In this document: positions 49,935-58,892 of the stretch, piece by piece | Layout: every line of letters starts with the position of its first letter | How positions within the stretch are numbered: the first letter of the stretch is position 1 | Source of the DNA: Candidatus Bathyarchaeota archaeon | GTDB taxonomy: Archaea > Thermoproteota > Bathyarchaeia > Bathyarchaeales > Bathycorpusculaceae | Direction of reading: 5' to 3' | DNA: 64,000 nucleotides | Assembly: GCA_963707955.1 (NCBI GenBank) | Contig: OY970176.1 | Location: 1,472,001-1,536,000 of the forward strand | Program-made: the position numbers and the translations under genes | Notes under the pieces: generated by a model | What the model was told of the DNA's origin: nothing | Databases searched by the model: none | What the model saw: the letters and a program-made list of their open reading frames with translations, nothing else

Positions 49935-50607
49935 CCTCTTTTACAACATCCAGTGCATTGCCTATTATAAATATCTCGGGTCCGGTTGTGAGTAACCCTG
50001 CGATGGCCGCGTGTCGGTTGCAGATCAAACCTGTGCCGACGTACGGGATGCCGCAGTTGACGGTGCCCACGTCGACTGGGACTTTCAGCAAGTCTTCAAG
50101 AAACTTGCGCTCCGAGTCTTTCAACAACGGATGCGCTAGAACTCCCTTGTTCGTTGCAACGGCCAGCGAACCTACGTAAGGCAGGCCTGCGATCTCGCCT
50201 CGTGCAACTTCGACGCCCAGAGTTTCGGAAATCTCCTGTATTTCTGGGCTTTTGAACTGGGGGTCCACTATGGCCCCATGGTCGTTGGCAAGGACAAGGT
50301 TTCCGTACGCGGTTTTCTTCGTGTCCATCACGGTTATGTTTCCTTCAAAACATCGTCGTATGACCGTGAGTTCTTCTTCTCTCATGAGGCTTGGGAGCAG
50401 GATGCCGTTGGAGTTTGCGCACGCGAGTGCTCCGGGGAGGATTGATCCCCCGATTGACGTGTGCACCAGCTCTGTTTTCAACCATTGACTTAGCCTTTCG
50501 GCTTTCTCAAGCGGCACTGAGCCTGGAGCTATGAAGATTCTGTCGGTGACGAGGGAGTAAACGCCTATGCTTGCGCTTCCAACAAGACTTGACAGGTAAA
50601 TGGCCAA
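49900..50607 (-). CDS. eif6: translation initiation factor 6 (aIF6)
   Basis: GNLVLANDHGA, VATNKG, GTVNCG, TTGPE. Confidence 0.93.
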   Translation of the reverse strand: MAIYLSSLVGSASIGVYSLVTDRIFIAPGSVPLEKAERLSQWLKTELVHTSIGGSILPGALACANSNGILLPSLMREEELTVIRRCFEGNITVMDTKKTAYGNLVLANDHGAIVDPQFKSPEIQEISETLGVEVARGEIAGLPYVGSLAVATNKGVLAHPLLKDSERKFLEDLLKVPVDVGTVNCGIPYVGTGLICNRHAAIAGLLTTGPEIFIIGNALDVVKEDDQVESLQSHR

Positions 50608-50610
50608 GGA

Positions 50611-51147
50611 CTAGTCTCCTTCAGCCAAATAAACCGTCACATTTCCTTCTTTGTCCTTTGCAGCTCGAACCCGGATTTTTCTCGGAGGTTTCTCTATCCC
50701 CCTCCTCCACATCCTCTCGTTAACTTCATTGCTTATGATGAGCTTCTTGGGCTCTTCCTCTTCCGCCTCTCCTTCCTTGCGTGCCTCCAGCTTCATGTGC
50801 TTGATTATGAAGCTCCTGACCATCCGCACTGCCCTCGAGGTCCTCTTGTTAGGAGGCACAATCCAAGCTTTGCCCAGCGGAACCGTGTATATTCGCTCCT
50901 CAACTATTTCTTCTTCAGCCTTCTCTTTTTCAGCGGGCGGCTTTGCTTCCTCTTTTTCTACTTCTTCGACAGGTGCAGGCACTTCTTCTTTTGCTTCGGC
51001 GCCAACTTCTTCCGGTGGAACCGGCTGCTCCTCTTCCTCAGGAGCTTCTTCTGCCTCTTCCTCCAGCTCTTGCTCCTCGACGGCTTCGGCAGGCTCCTCT
51101 TGCTTCTCCTCGGTCTTCAAGGTTTGTTTTTCGTTCTCTTTCTCCAT
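50611..51147 (-). CDS. rpl31e: 50S ribosomal protein L31e with acidic N-terminal extension
   Basis: ERIYTVPL...WRRGIEKPPRKIRV core preceded by about 80 Glu/Ala/Pro-rich residues. Confidence 0.9.
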   Translation of the reverse strand: MEKENEKQTLKTEEKQEEPAEAVEEQELEEEAEEAPEEEEQPVPPEEVGAEAKEEVPAPVEEVEKEEAKPPAEKEKAEEEIVEERIYTVPLGKAWIVPPNKRTSRAVRMVRSFIIKHMKLEARKEGEAEEEEPKKLIISNEVNERMWRRGIEKPPRKIRVRAAKDKEGNVTVYLAEGD

Positions 51148-51158
51148 GAAGCATTCTC

Positions 51159-51314
51159 CTACGCCCTTATTTTCCTCGTTCGCCACTGCCTCCTCTTCGG
51201 GTGGACTCTGAACTTTCCAGCTGTGCAGGCTATGACCCATGAGGGAACGGGTTTCTTCTGCTTTCCCGCTTTGGCAAGCCTGCGTTTTTTTGCTGTCGGT
51301 TTGTTTCGGGTCAT
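51159..51314 (-). CDS. rpl39e: 50S ribosomal protein L39e (absent from the ORF track)
   Basis: Manual translation [27 protein letters not shown]...HPKRRQWR. Confidence 0.92.
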   Translation of the reverse strand: MTRNKPTAKKRRLAKAGKQKKPVPSWVIACTAGKFRVHPKRRQWRTRKIRA

Positions 51315-51316
51315 CT

Positions 51317-51645
51317 TCATCTTCTCGTTATCGTAGTCTCACGCTTGCGAGCTTGGAGTTGAATGAGTATCTTCTTCAGCTGCTCATCCGTTAGGGGTAT
51401 CGGCACCTTTCTTTGCTGCGCCAACTGGATCAGTTGTAGCTCCAGCTGTGCAGTGAAATCAGGCCTGACCATCTTCAGGTTCGCCAGTCTCTGTCTGGCT
51501 TCAGGTGTCAGTATGCTTCTCAGCAGCGCTTGCTTCTGTTGTTCCACTTGCTGTTCAGCCTGCATGCCCCGCTGTTCTTCACCCATCTGCTTCTGCAGGG
51601 CTGAAAGTCTTCTTCTGCGAAGTCCTCCAGCTCTTCCTCTGACAA
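51317..51645 (-). CDS. PDCD5-family DNA-binding protein, apparent frameshift near 51623
   Basis: TTG-SEEELE then shift to [10 protein letters not shown]...[18 protein letters not shown]. Confidence 0.82.
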
Positions 51646-51646
51646 C

Positions 51647-52114
51647 TCACTCACCTTTCAGGTACTTCTGGAGTTCTGGAAGCTCCTTCACCATTTCTCT
51701 GCCGATTTCTTCAGTCAATTCCTTCAAAAGTTTCGATCCAGCAGGCGTGACTTTTCTGCCGCGCGGTCTCACCGTTTCAACGTAGCCTGCAGCTTCAAGC
51801 TGCTGCAGTGCTTTTCTTATTATCGAACCGCCTGCCTTTGCTGCACGCCCAGGTTTGACACCTCTGCTCTTTCTCCCACCATAATTAGCCCTCAGTTCTT
51901 GGATGCCCACCGGGCCGTGAACGTAGAGCTTTCGCAGTATCGAGGCGCACCTAACGTACCACCAGTCTGGGTTCTGAGGCTGATGTTGCACGTGAACACC
52001 CGTCTTCACGATGGTCGCCCATGCTGGCGGCGTTACAGCGTCCACGTTTTCCTTTAAGTACTTGGCTACTCTTTCGATTAGCTTGGATGCTGGGACGTCA
52101 TTAGGGGTGACCAA
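51647..52114 (-). CDS. rps19e: 30S ribosomal protein S19e
   Basis: WWYVRCASILRK, YGGRK, IRKALQQLE. Confidence 0.95.
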   Translation of the reverse strand: MVTPNDVPASKLIERVAKYLKENVDAVTPPAWATIVKTGVHVQHQPQNPDWWYVRCASILRKLYVHGPVGIQELRANYGGRKSRGVKPGRAAKAGGSIIRKALQQLEAAGYVETVRPRGRKVTPAGSKLLKELTEEIGREMVKELPELQKYLKGE

Positions 52115-52639
52115 TGCTTCTTGCCCTCTTGAGGTTTCCTTCAGTAAAATCATGACGCCGAATATAAATATTGTCTGGTCGACGACTTACGTCGCTTGGC
52201 TATCTTCACAACTCCTCTTTTCACATCCGTTTTTTGATGATAGGCAGTCAGTGATAGGCCTCAGTTAGCCTTCGTTGATGATGAAGGCTCGTGTGAGAGG
52301 TGGGATGAACTCCGATGGGGCGAGCGGTGAAGGAGCCTACCCTGCTTGTGTCAGATGGTAACGTTCTGTGATTGTTTCATGTTTTCTCGGCATGCGCGTC
52401 GACGTTTAAGGAGACCCCATGTTACTCATTGTGTGAGACGAAAAAAGATGCCGAAAAAATATAAGAGAAAAAAGTTGGATGATTGCCTACGAGAAGCGGG
52501 TTCGCATTTTACCAGCGTAAACAACTTCTTTTTTTCCATTTGGATCATAATGTCCGCCACCTGACCTCTTCATTGAAAATCTGACACAACTCGTGTTTCA
52601 AAAGCAAGCACTGTTTCTGGAATAAAAGATATTGCGAGG

Positions 52640-52918
52640 TTGGGAAGAACCGCTTTTATTCGGAATCGCGTCATCAACACGAAGGAGAAGGAGAAGGCGA
52701 ACGAGACGATGAGCGAGGATAAGGCGAGAGACTTAGACCAACAGGTTCTTGGGACTTTTGTAAAATCGTTCCATAGGCGTTACGAACGGTGGAAGAGGCA
52801 AGACCTTCTTTTAGTGGCGCTTCAAACGTTTCCTAAACAAGTCAAAAAGGAGAAGGTGATCGACAACCTGGCAAGCTTGAAAGCTGAATTCGAGAAGAAG
52901 CTCTTCGATGAAGGCTAG
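52640..52918 (+). CDS. hypothetical protein
   Basis: 92-aa ORF of plausible composition filling an intergenic gap. Confidence 0.35.
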   Translation: MGRTAFIRNRVINTKEKEKANETMSEDKARDLDQQVLGTFVKSFHRRYERWKRQDLLLVALQTFPKQVKKEKVIDNLASLKAEFEKKLFDEG

Positions 52919-52944
52919 TTTCGCAAGAGCCGATAGACCAAATA

Positions 52945-53289
52945 CTAGGGCTTTTCCTTGTCGCGCGATCTGTAAAGTGTGAACGTGTGGCCCCTGGCCT
53001 CTACAAGCGATGCTCCCGTATGGTCAGCTATTCTTGAGGCAACCTGCTTACCTTCATGTTCAGACAGGGCGCTCTTCAAGATACTTGCCTTTACAGTCTC
53101 CTTTTTCGATAGTTGTTTGTCGATTTCCTTAAGCAACTCTGCTGAGGCTCCTCCCTTGCCAACCCACACTGTGGGTTTTTCCTCGCTGAGCTTCCTTTTT
53201 ATTAAACGCTTCTTCGCAGCAGCCGGCTTGCCCGCGTTTTCAGCTTCTCCTTTCTCTTCGCTAGCGGTATTCTTGTCTGTCCGCCGCAT
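52945..53289 (-). CDS. YhbY/CRS1-domain RNA-binding protein (start uncertain)
   Basis: PTVWVGKGG, ETVK, RGHTFTLYR. Confidence 0.82.
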   Translation of the reverse strand: MRRTDKNTASEEKGEAENAGKPAAAKKRLIKRKLSEEKPTVWVGKGGASAELLKEIDKQLSKKETVKASILKSALSEHEGKQVASRIADHTGASLVEARGHTFTLYRSRDKEKP

Positions 53290-53555
53290 CTTAGGCACGT
53301 GATCACCACGTGGGGTTCCCGCCTCTGTTTCAGTCGCACACGACAGCTTACACCCGGCAGCATAAAGCCTTTGCAATGCTTGCAGACTTGGTGTCTGTAC
53401 CCGTTCGGTAGGCGAATCTTAGCGGCCATGGCTATCTTTCTGGCCATGTCCACGTAACGTTGGGCTAGGGCAGGGTCTTCGTGAACGATTTTCCTTGCTA
53501 GGTTGAAGAGCGTCTGAATCCGCTGTCTTGCTATTTGCCTTGTTTCTGTATTCAA
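53202..53555 (-). CDS. rnp4: RNase P protein Rpp21
   Basis: IARQRI, CKHC...PG..CRVR...CLRCG. Confidence 0.92.
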   Translation of the reverse strand: MNTETRQIARQRIQTLFNLARKIVHEDPALAQRYVDMARKIAMAAKIRLPNGYRHQVCKHCKGFMLPGVSCRVRLKQRREPHVVITCLRCGGQTRIPLAKRKEKLKTRASRLLRRSV

Positions 53556-53693
53556 TCTGCCCTCTTACCCCATAAGCCTGTGATTATCCGCTTGTGGAAT
53601 TGGTTTTTCCCAACGTAAAGCTTCTCCTCTTGACTAGTCGCGATTCTAGGTCCAATTGCGGTGGCAGCTGTTGCGTCCAGAGTTTGCTGCACA

Positions 53694-54680
53694 TTAATTT
53701 GAACTCTGCGTTGAAACACGCGTGGCAAGATCTAGCTTGAATCTGTTTGACAAGTTGGTCAGATCGTGAAGCACGTAAATGAACACGTAGCCTCTCCACT
53801 GGCCCCACCTGTCTTCAGCCATCTTCTTGAGCTTCGGAATCACGTTGCGTGGCGATTCCGCTTGTTCGCCGAGGATAAGCAAGCTGAATATTCTTGCGCT
53901 CCAAACGTCCAGCGCGAATCCCGGGTGGGGAGAGACAATGTCCGCGGAGTATTCGCCTATCCCCTTGAGTTCCATAAGCTTGGCTTTTGCCTCTTGATCC
54001 GTCATCTCTTCAAGTTCTCGAGGCGACGGGAAACCCTCTCTTATGGCCTCTGCTATGCCTCTGAGAAATTTCGCCCTGTAGCCGAGCTTGCACTTTTTCT
54101 CAAGCTCTCTAACCGCGGTGTTGGCTATCCTCTCCGGAGAGGGCCAGTAAAGGACCTCTTGTCCATCGAACCTTACTCTTTCGCCGTATTCCCTGATCAA
54201 CAAGTCCATCATCTGGTTGCTCCTCAATATCGGCGCCATCTGCAGAGTCAAGGCTAGGATGAGTCGCGGGAAGATGTCAGGCTGTCTCGTGTTTCTCATT
54301 CCGTACAGGTCTTTCACCAACGCTTTAACCAGTGAGTCATGCTGGGCAAGCGCGTAAAACTGGCTGATGTCTTCGCTGAGGTTCAGCGTCCACGCTGCGG
54401 TTTCCGACAGCTCTATTTTTTCGTTCGATTCAAGCTTTCTGCGAGAGTAGGTTTCGCAGGATATCTCTGGCTTCTCAACGGTGCCGAGGGACCTTAGTTT
54501 CAGTCCGACCACCTTTCCAGAAGGCATTCTCATAGCGGTCCACAGCATGCCTTTCTCGAAAATTTCAAAAGGCGTCAGCAACGACCATCCAGCCGGCTTG
54601 TGGACCGTGAGGGCAAAGTCGTACGGGGGAACCGGTTTGAACCTCAGGATCGTTGAACAGGTCAGATCTTCCATCGACAT
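53694..54680 (-). CDS. HhH-GPD DNA glycosylase (AlkA/Ogg-like)
   Basis: KLGYRAK, LKGIGEYSA HhH motif, LDVWS, WGQWRG. Confidence 0.85.
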   Translation of the reverse strand: MSMEDLTCSTILRFKPVPPYDFALTVHKPAGWSLLTPFEIFEKGMLWTAMRMPSGKVVGLKLRSLGTVEKPEISCETYSRRKLESNEKIELSETAAWTLNLSEDISQFYALAQHDSLVKALVKDLYGMRNTRQPDIFPRLILALTLQMAPILRSNQMMDLLIREYGERVRFDGQEVLYWPSPERIANTAVRELEKKCKLGYRAKFLRGIAEAIREGFPSPRELEEMTDQEAKAKLMELKGIGEYSADIVSPHPGFALDVWSARIFSLLILGEQAESPRNVIPKLKKMAEDRWGQWRGYVFIYVLHDLTNLSNRFKLDLATRVSTQSSN

Positions 54681-54863
54681 CGTATTCCCATTATTTCTCT
54701 TGCTTTTCTTAACTATCGAGATGGTACTGTTAAGTCTGTTGTGGTGGTAATACTCCACTAGCGCGCGCGAGTATGTCTGCGACTACGAAGATCACAGAAT
54801 CTTCAAAACAAGAGTCTTTTAAAACGGCCTTCTGGACAAACCCTCCGCTGTTTTTTCCATAGG

Positions 54864-54977
54864 TGGTGCGGGGGGTGGGATTCGAACCCACGGAGGCCTT
54901 CGCCAGAGGATCTTAAGTCCTCCCCCTTGTCTTAGGTTTCTGGCCTGCCTATTTAGACCTGGCTCGGGTACCCCCGC
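54864..54977 (-). tRNA. tRNA-Leu(TAA) with 26-nt intron in the D-arm (about position 22/23), CCA encoded
   Basis: GCGGGGG acceptor stem; GAGGA-CTTAAGA-TCCTC anticodon arm; long variable arm; GTTCGAATC; intron 54927-54952 forms GTCT/AGAC helix with 3-nt bulges. Confidence 0.92.
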
Positions 54978-55083
54978 AGCGGCGATAAAGGTTGATATTT
55001 GTGTGCAGTTAAACTTTTTTGCAGAGGCTGGCACTAGGTTAAAATCTGCATTGCAGCAGATTACTCTTAGCTTATGAAGTGTT

Positions 55084-55158
55084 GGGCGGGTAGCTCAGTA
55101 CGGATAGAGCACCAGCCTCCTAAGTTGGTGGTCGTGGGTTCAAATCCCACCCCGCCCG
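55084..55158 (+). tRNA. tRNA-Arg(CCT)
   Basis: GGGCGGG/CCCGCCC acceptor; GCTC/GAGC D-stem; CCAGC-CTCCTAA-GTTGG; GTGGG-TTCAAAT-CCCAC. Confidence 0.95.
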
Positions 55159-55301
55159 CTACGGACGAACCCAGCCCGGTCTTATGAAATTTCTTTTAAG
55201 GGTTCACTTCCGTTTTCTAAAGACTTTGTTAGCGCGCGCTCATAGTGAAATAATACGTGGAGGACAAATTTTAAAAATCGTTTTCAACTACATGTTGATT
55301 C

Positions 55302-56126
55302 ATGAACTATAAGGAAAGACAGGAAATAATCGCTAAATCGCCGATTTCCTTTTCATATCTGAAGCGTTTCAATGCCGCTGCCGGTGTTCTACATCTCATC
55401 CAAGGAATTCTAATGTTGACTTTAGGTATAATCCTGACCTGGCCAATACACGTTCACACATCCTATCTGAACATAGCAGGCCCTAATCCATCATTATGGT
55501 TGTCAGGCGTCCAAACTCTTTTCACATTCAATAATCTGGGACTGATTCTCGCATCTTTTCCTCTGATCTCCGCGATAGCGCACTTCACGATTGCTTATCC
55601 GAAGAACAAAAGCTACAATGAGAACCTGAAGAAGGGTATGAATCCCTACCGATGGTACGAGTATGCCTTGTCAAGCTCCATAATGATAGTCCTAATATCA
55701 ACGTTCGTGGGCATCTTGGATTTCTGGGCGCTCGCAATGATTTTCGTGTTGAACGCGATGATGATAATGTTCGGGTACGTCATGGAATTGGTGAACCAAA
55801 AAACCGAAAAGACAAACTGGTCCCCCTTCAACTTGGGCTGCGTCTCCGGCGGCCTTCCATGGGTCGTGATTTTCGCCTATTTAACAGGCGCCGTCACGTC
55901 CGCAAGCACAGTTGCAGGCGCACGCGTACCAACCTTCGTGTACTTCATACTCTTCACTTACTTCGTCCTCTTCATGGTCTTCGCAGTTAATATGGTTCTA
56001 CAGTACAAAGGCATTGGTCGCTGGAAAGACTACCTGTACGGCGAAAGAACGTACATAGTGTTAAGTTTCGTGGCGAAAACACTTCTGGCTTGGCTAGTGT
56101 TCTCCGGGGTATTCATGCCCCACTAA
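55302..56126 (+). CDS. heliorhodopsin
   Basis: 7 TM; FNAAAGVLHLIQG, SAIAHF, NPYRWYEYALSSSIM, LYGERTYIVLSFVAKTLLAW (SxxxK retinal lysine). Confidence 0.93.
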   Translation: MNYKERQEIIAKSPISFSYLKRFNAAAGVLHLIQGILMLTLGIILTWPIHVHTSYLNIAGPNPSLWLSGVQTLFTFNNLGLILASFPLISAIAHFTIAYPKNKSYNENLKKGMNPYRWYEYALSSSIMIVLISTFVGILDFWALAMIFVLNAMMIMFGYVMELVNQKTEKTNWSPFNLGCVSGGLPWVVIFAYLTGAVTSASTVAGARVPTFVYFILFTYFVLFMVFAVNMVLQYKGIGRWKDYLYGERTYIVLSFVAKTLLAWLVFSGVFMPH

Positions 56127-56257
56127 ACACGCAAAAAACAACTCCCCTTTTCTGTGAGCGCGCGCTACCCCACACAATTTCAATCATTATTCGTGCTTCA
56201 CAAGACGTATAGCGCTTTCATCTACATATCATCTGCCCGACGTCGGACTGAACCAGC

Positions 56258-56641
56258 ATGATTAGGGATTCGGAAGAGTTTGAAGTCATCTTACTGAAGA
56301 CTATAGACGAGGTGCTTGTTGACGTGTTGGGAGAGAGGAATAAACAAGTTATCTATGATTATTTTGAAAAAAAGTCATGTCCTATGCCGCAAATCTATGG
56401 TAGGCTGGACGTGTTCTCTGAGGAGTTGAGAAATTTGTTGGGTTTTGGAAGAGGTGGAATTCTCGGTTCTGCTCCGATTCTAGAAGAAACGATCCTAAGG
56501 GTATTGTGCCGCAAAATAGGGGTAACATACGATTCGACGAAGCCCTTTTTGAGCTATGTCAAGGAGCTGAAAGAAAAGTTCAACCAAAGAAAATCAGGAG
56601 TTTCGGTTCACAAAATCGAAACGGAGGTGAATATACCGTGA
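56258..56641 (+). CDS. DUF3227/NitrOD5-like small helical protein
   Basis: LLKTIDEVL..VLGE...VIYDY...FSEELRNLLG...ILEETIL pattern; family call from memory. Confidence 0.6.
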   Translation: MIRDSEEFEVILLKTIDEVLVDVLGERNKQVIYDYFEKKSCPMPQIYGRLDVFSEELRNLLGFGRGGILGSAPILEETILRVLCRKIGVTYDSTKPFLSYVKELKEKFNQRKSGVSVHKIETEVNIP

Positions 56642-57093
56642 TCAAAAAGGTTCCGAGAATTCTAGTTGTTGATGACGACGTCAACATATGTGGAACGCTC
56701 AGTCTGATACTAAAAAAGAGAGGGTGGAATGTTGAGGTTGCCAACAGCGGAAAAGAGGCGATTAACAAATCAAGGGAACAACTGTTCAATGTGGCTTTGC
56801 TGGACATCAAGCTTCCTGACATTGAAGGTACACAACTCTTGAAAATGCTGTATGAAACTGAGCCCAAAATGATGAAGATCATGGTGACGGGCCACCCCGA
56901 AGTCACAAATGCCGTTGAAGCATTGAACAAAGGCGCCGATGCTTACCTGATAAAACCCCTTTGTCCAGAGGATCTTCTTAGGACAATAAAGGAGAAACTT
57001 GATGAACAAGAGCAGGCAGAGGAGATGACCGAAGACAAAATCGCGAGTTTCCTTGAAACCCGTTCGAAGAAACTTCTCGAAGGATTATCCTGA
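56638..57093 (+). CDS. stand-alone response regulator receiver protein
   Basis: ILVVDDD, LLDIKLPDIEG phospho-Asp, VTG, YLIKP; GGAGGTGA RBS before GTG 56638. Confidence 0.92.
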   Translation: MIKKVPRILVVDDDVNICGTLSLILKKRGWNVEVANSGKEAINKSREQLFNVALLDIKLPDIEGTQLLKMLYETEPKMMKIMVTGHPEVTNAVEALNKGADAYLIKPLCPEDLLRTIKEKLDEQEQAEEMTEDKIASFLETRSKKLLEGLS

Positions 57094-57423
57094 CCCAGAT
57101 TTTTTTCGAAGTGCCATCACAAACTTTTCTCGCCTGGAGTCTTCAAGCGGATTCTCTAGTATCGCTAAACTTGGCTCCAGCAGATCTACACAAAATTGAC
57201 TTTCTTTTTGCTGCGCGCGCTGCTAGCTTCGCCAAGATCCCCATCTCGATATATTTGCCATCATAATTCTTCTTAAAACCATCAAGTCTTGTCTGCATGT
57301 GAGAAGTACATTCTGGACCAAACCTGCCAATATCAATCGATATTCCATCAAAGCGTCAGCGCGCATTAACGTGCATAGTAAAAAAGGTAGAGGTTGCGAG
57401 TGATATCTCACTTGGTGGCGGGT

Positions 57424-57879
57424 TCAAATTCCACCCCGCCCGCCACGAAGTGTAGGTTGCCCTGCAGTTAGTCTCATGCCTAGACTGACTACATCATCTT
57501 CTTTGAAACCAATATGTTTGTAGAAGTCGATGACCTTAACATTGCTTCTGCGGATCTGCAGGTTTACCTTCTGGCAACCCATCTTCTTTAGGTCATCTAT
57601 GGCTTTTTGAACCAGTTTTCTGCCGTAGCCGTGTCCCTGATCTTCAGGAGTGATTGCAAGGTAGTTTATCCAGCCTCTGTGACCTTCGTAACCAACCATG
57701 ATGGAACCTTGGACCTTCCCATCCAATAGGCCTATAAGGAAAAGATTCGGTTGGAAACGCATCTTTTTCTCTATGTCTTCCACCGGGTCATTCTGGGGAA
57801 CGACTAGGTTACATGTTCGCCACAGCTCGATGACGGCATCTCTATATTCAGTTCTATATCTCACTATTCTGTACGTCAA
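57424..57879 (-). CDS. GNAT acetyltransferase (YpeA-like)
   Basis: MVGYEGHRGWINYLA, QGHGYG, KVNLQIR; 3' end runs into the att-like repeat. Confidence 0.88.
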   Translation of the reverse strand: MTYRIVRYRTEYRDAVIELWRTCNLVVPQNDPVEDIEKKMRFQPNLFLIGLLDGKVQGSIMVGYEGHRGWINYLAITPEDQGHGYGRKLVQKAIDDLKKMGCQKVNLQIRRSNVKVIDFYKHIGFKEDDVVSLGMRLTAGQPTLRGGRGGI

Positions 57880-58112
57880 TCAGCATCTCCCTGGAGACGA
57901 ACGACGTCATTCCCAAATAAGTTTTTTTTCCAAAACCTTCAAGCCTCTTTGCAAATACACTCTCTCTGAAGACCCCATATTTTTGAAACTGCCATGCTTC
58001 GCAGACCTTCGTTCTCCCCAACTTTGTTTACTCGTGATTAAGGTCTGATAGCTTGAAATAGGCTTAATAAAATAGAAAAAGTAGGAGTTGCCTGCGTTTT
58101 CACCACCTAGTT

Positions 58113-58162
58113 GCAGATTCAAATCTCACCCTCCACTGCAGCCGAGCCTCGCTGGTCTTATG
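58113..58162 (+). repeat. third, more degenerate copy of tRNA-Arg 3' end plus trailer
   Basis: GATTCAAATCTCACCCTCC...GGTCTTATG versus GGTTCAAATCCCACCCCGCC...GGTCTTATG at 55137-55186. Confidence 0.55.
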
Positions 58163-58370
58163 CTTCGTTTATGAGTTGGCTCGCGTTTTCAGAAGACTTG
58201 TTGCCGGCGTAGTGGCAGACGAAAGACAGGGCAACTGTCATTAGCCACATAATCATAGAAAAGAAAATATGTCCCTTCTTCATCTTCACGACAAAGCAGA
58301 AAAAACTGAAAGTTTTTTAGCATCAGATCAGTGTATTGGACAGGTATCGCCGAAGGCAGGAGAATGATTC

Positions 58371-58892
58371 TTGAAGGACGTTGAGTTGAGGCTTGTTGCT
58401 GAGCTTCTGAAGAACAGTCACAGGAGTGACAGGGAATTGGCAAAGGCGATCGGAGTTTCTCAGCCTACAGTCAGCAGACTGATTGGCAAATTGATGAAAG
58501 CTGGCTTCATTAGAGAATACACGATTATTCCTGATTTCAACAAGATCGGATACCACATTTGCGCCTTGACTTTCGCAAATTTTGAAACGCCGAAGGACTT
58601 GCAAGCTATGAGGAAGCTTATTGAAGAACAGGGAAAAAGATTGTTGGAAATTCCTCAAGCTGTGATGATTGAGAGAGGCATAGGCGAAGGAGCTAACGGA
58701 GTGGTGATTTCTCTTCATCAGAGCTATTCTGACTTTGTAGAGTTCCAACAGTGGCTGAAGCAGTTCGGTTCTTTAAGCAAGTATGGCCTTCATCATTTCA
58801 TCATAGATCTTGATGACAAAGTCCACTACCGCTACCTAACCTTCTCAACCCTCGCCAAACACCTGCTGGAAATGAAGGAAAAGAAGGAATAA
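58371..58892 (+). CDS. Lrp/AsnC-type wHTH transcriptional regulator
   Basis: KNSHRSDRELAKAIGVSQPTVSR, EYTIIPDFNKIGY. Confidence 0.88.
   Translation: MKDVELRLVAELLKNSHRSDRELAKAIGVSQPTVSRLIGKLMKAGFIREYTIIPDFNKIGYHICALTFANFETPKDLQAMRKLIEEQGKRLLEIPQAVMIERGIGEGANGVVISLHQSYSDFVEFQQWLKQFGSLSKYGLHHFIIDLDDKVHYRYLTFSTLAKHLLEMKEKKE

Larger units (their letters stand above)
55159..57447. mobile_element. genomic islet bounded by tRNA-Arg and a degenerate copy of its 3' end
   Basis: 57412-57447 TTGGTGGCGGGTTCAAATTCCACCCCGCCCGCCACG matches the tRNA 3' half; no integrase seen. Confidence 0.65.

Noticed and set aside
50651-51336. Ser- and Leu/Phe-rich plus-strand ORFs
   Set aside because: Antisense reading of Glu-rich rpl31e and rpl39e.
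57412-57447. Split-tRNA half gene
   Set aside because: Has T-stem mismatches and no complementary leader for trans-splicing; better explained as an att scar.
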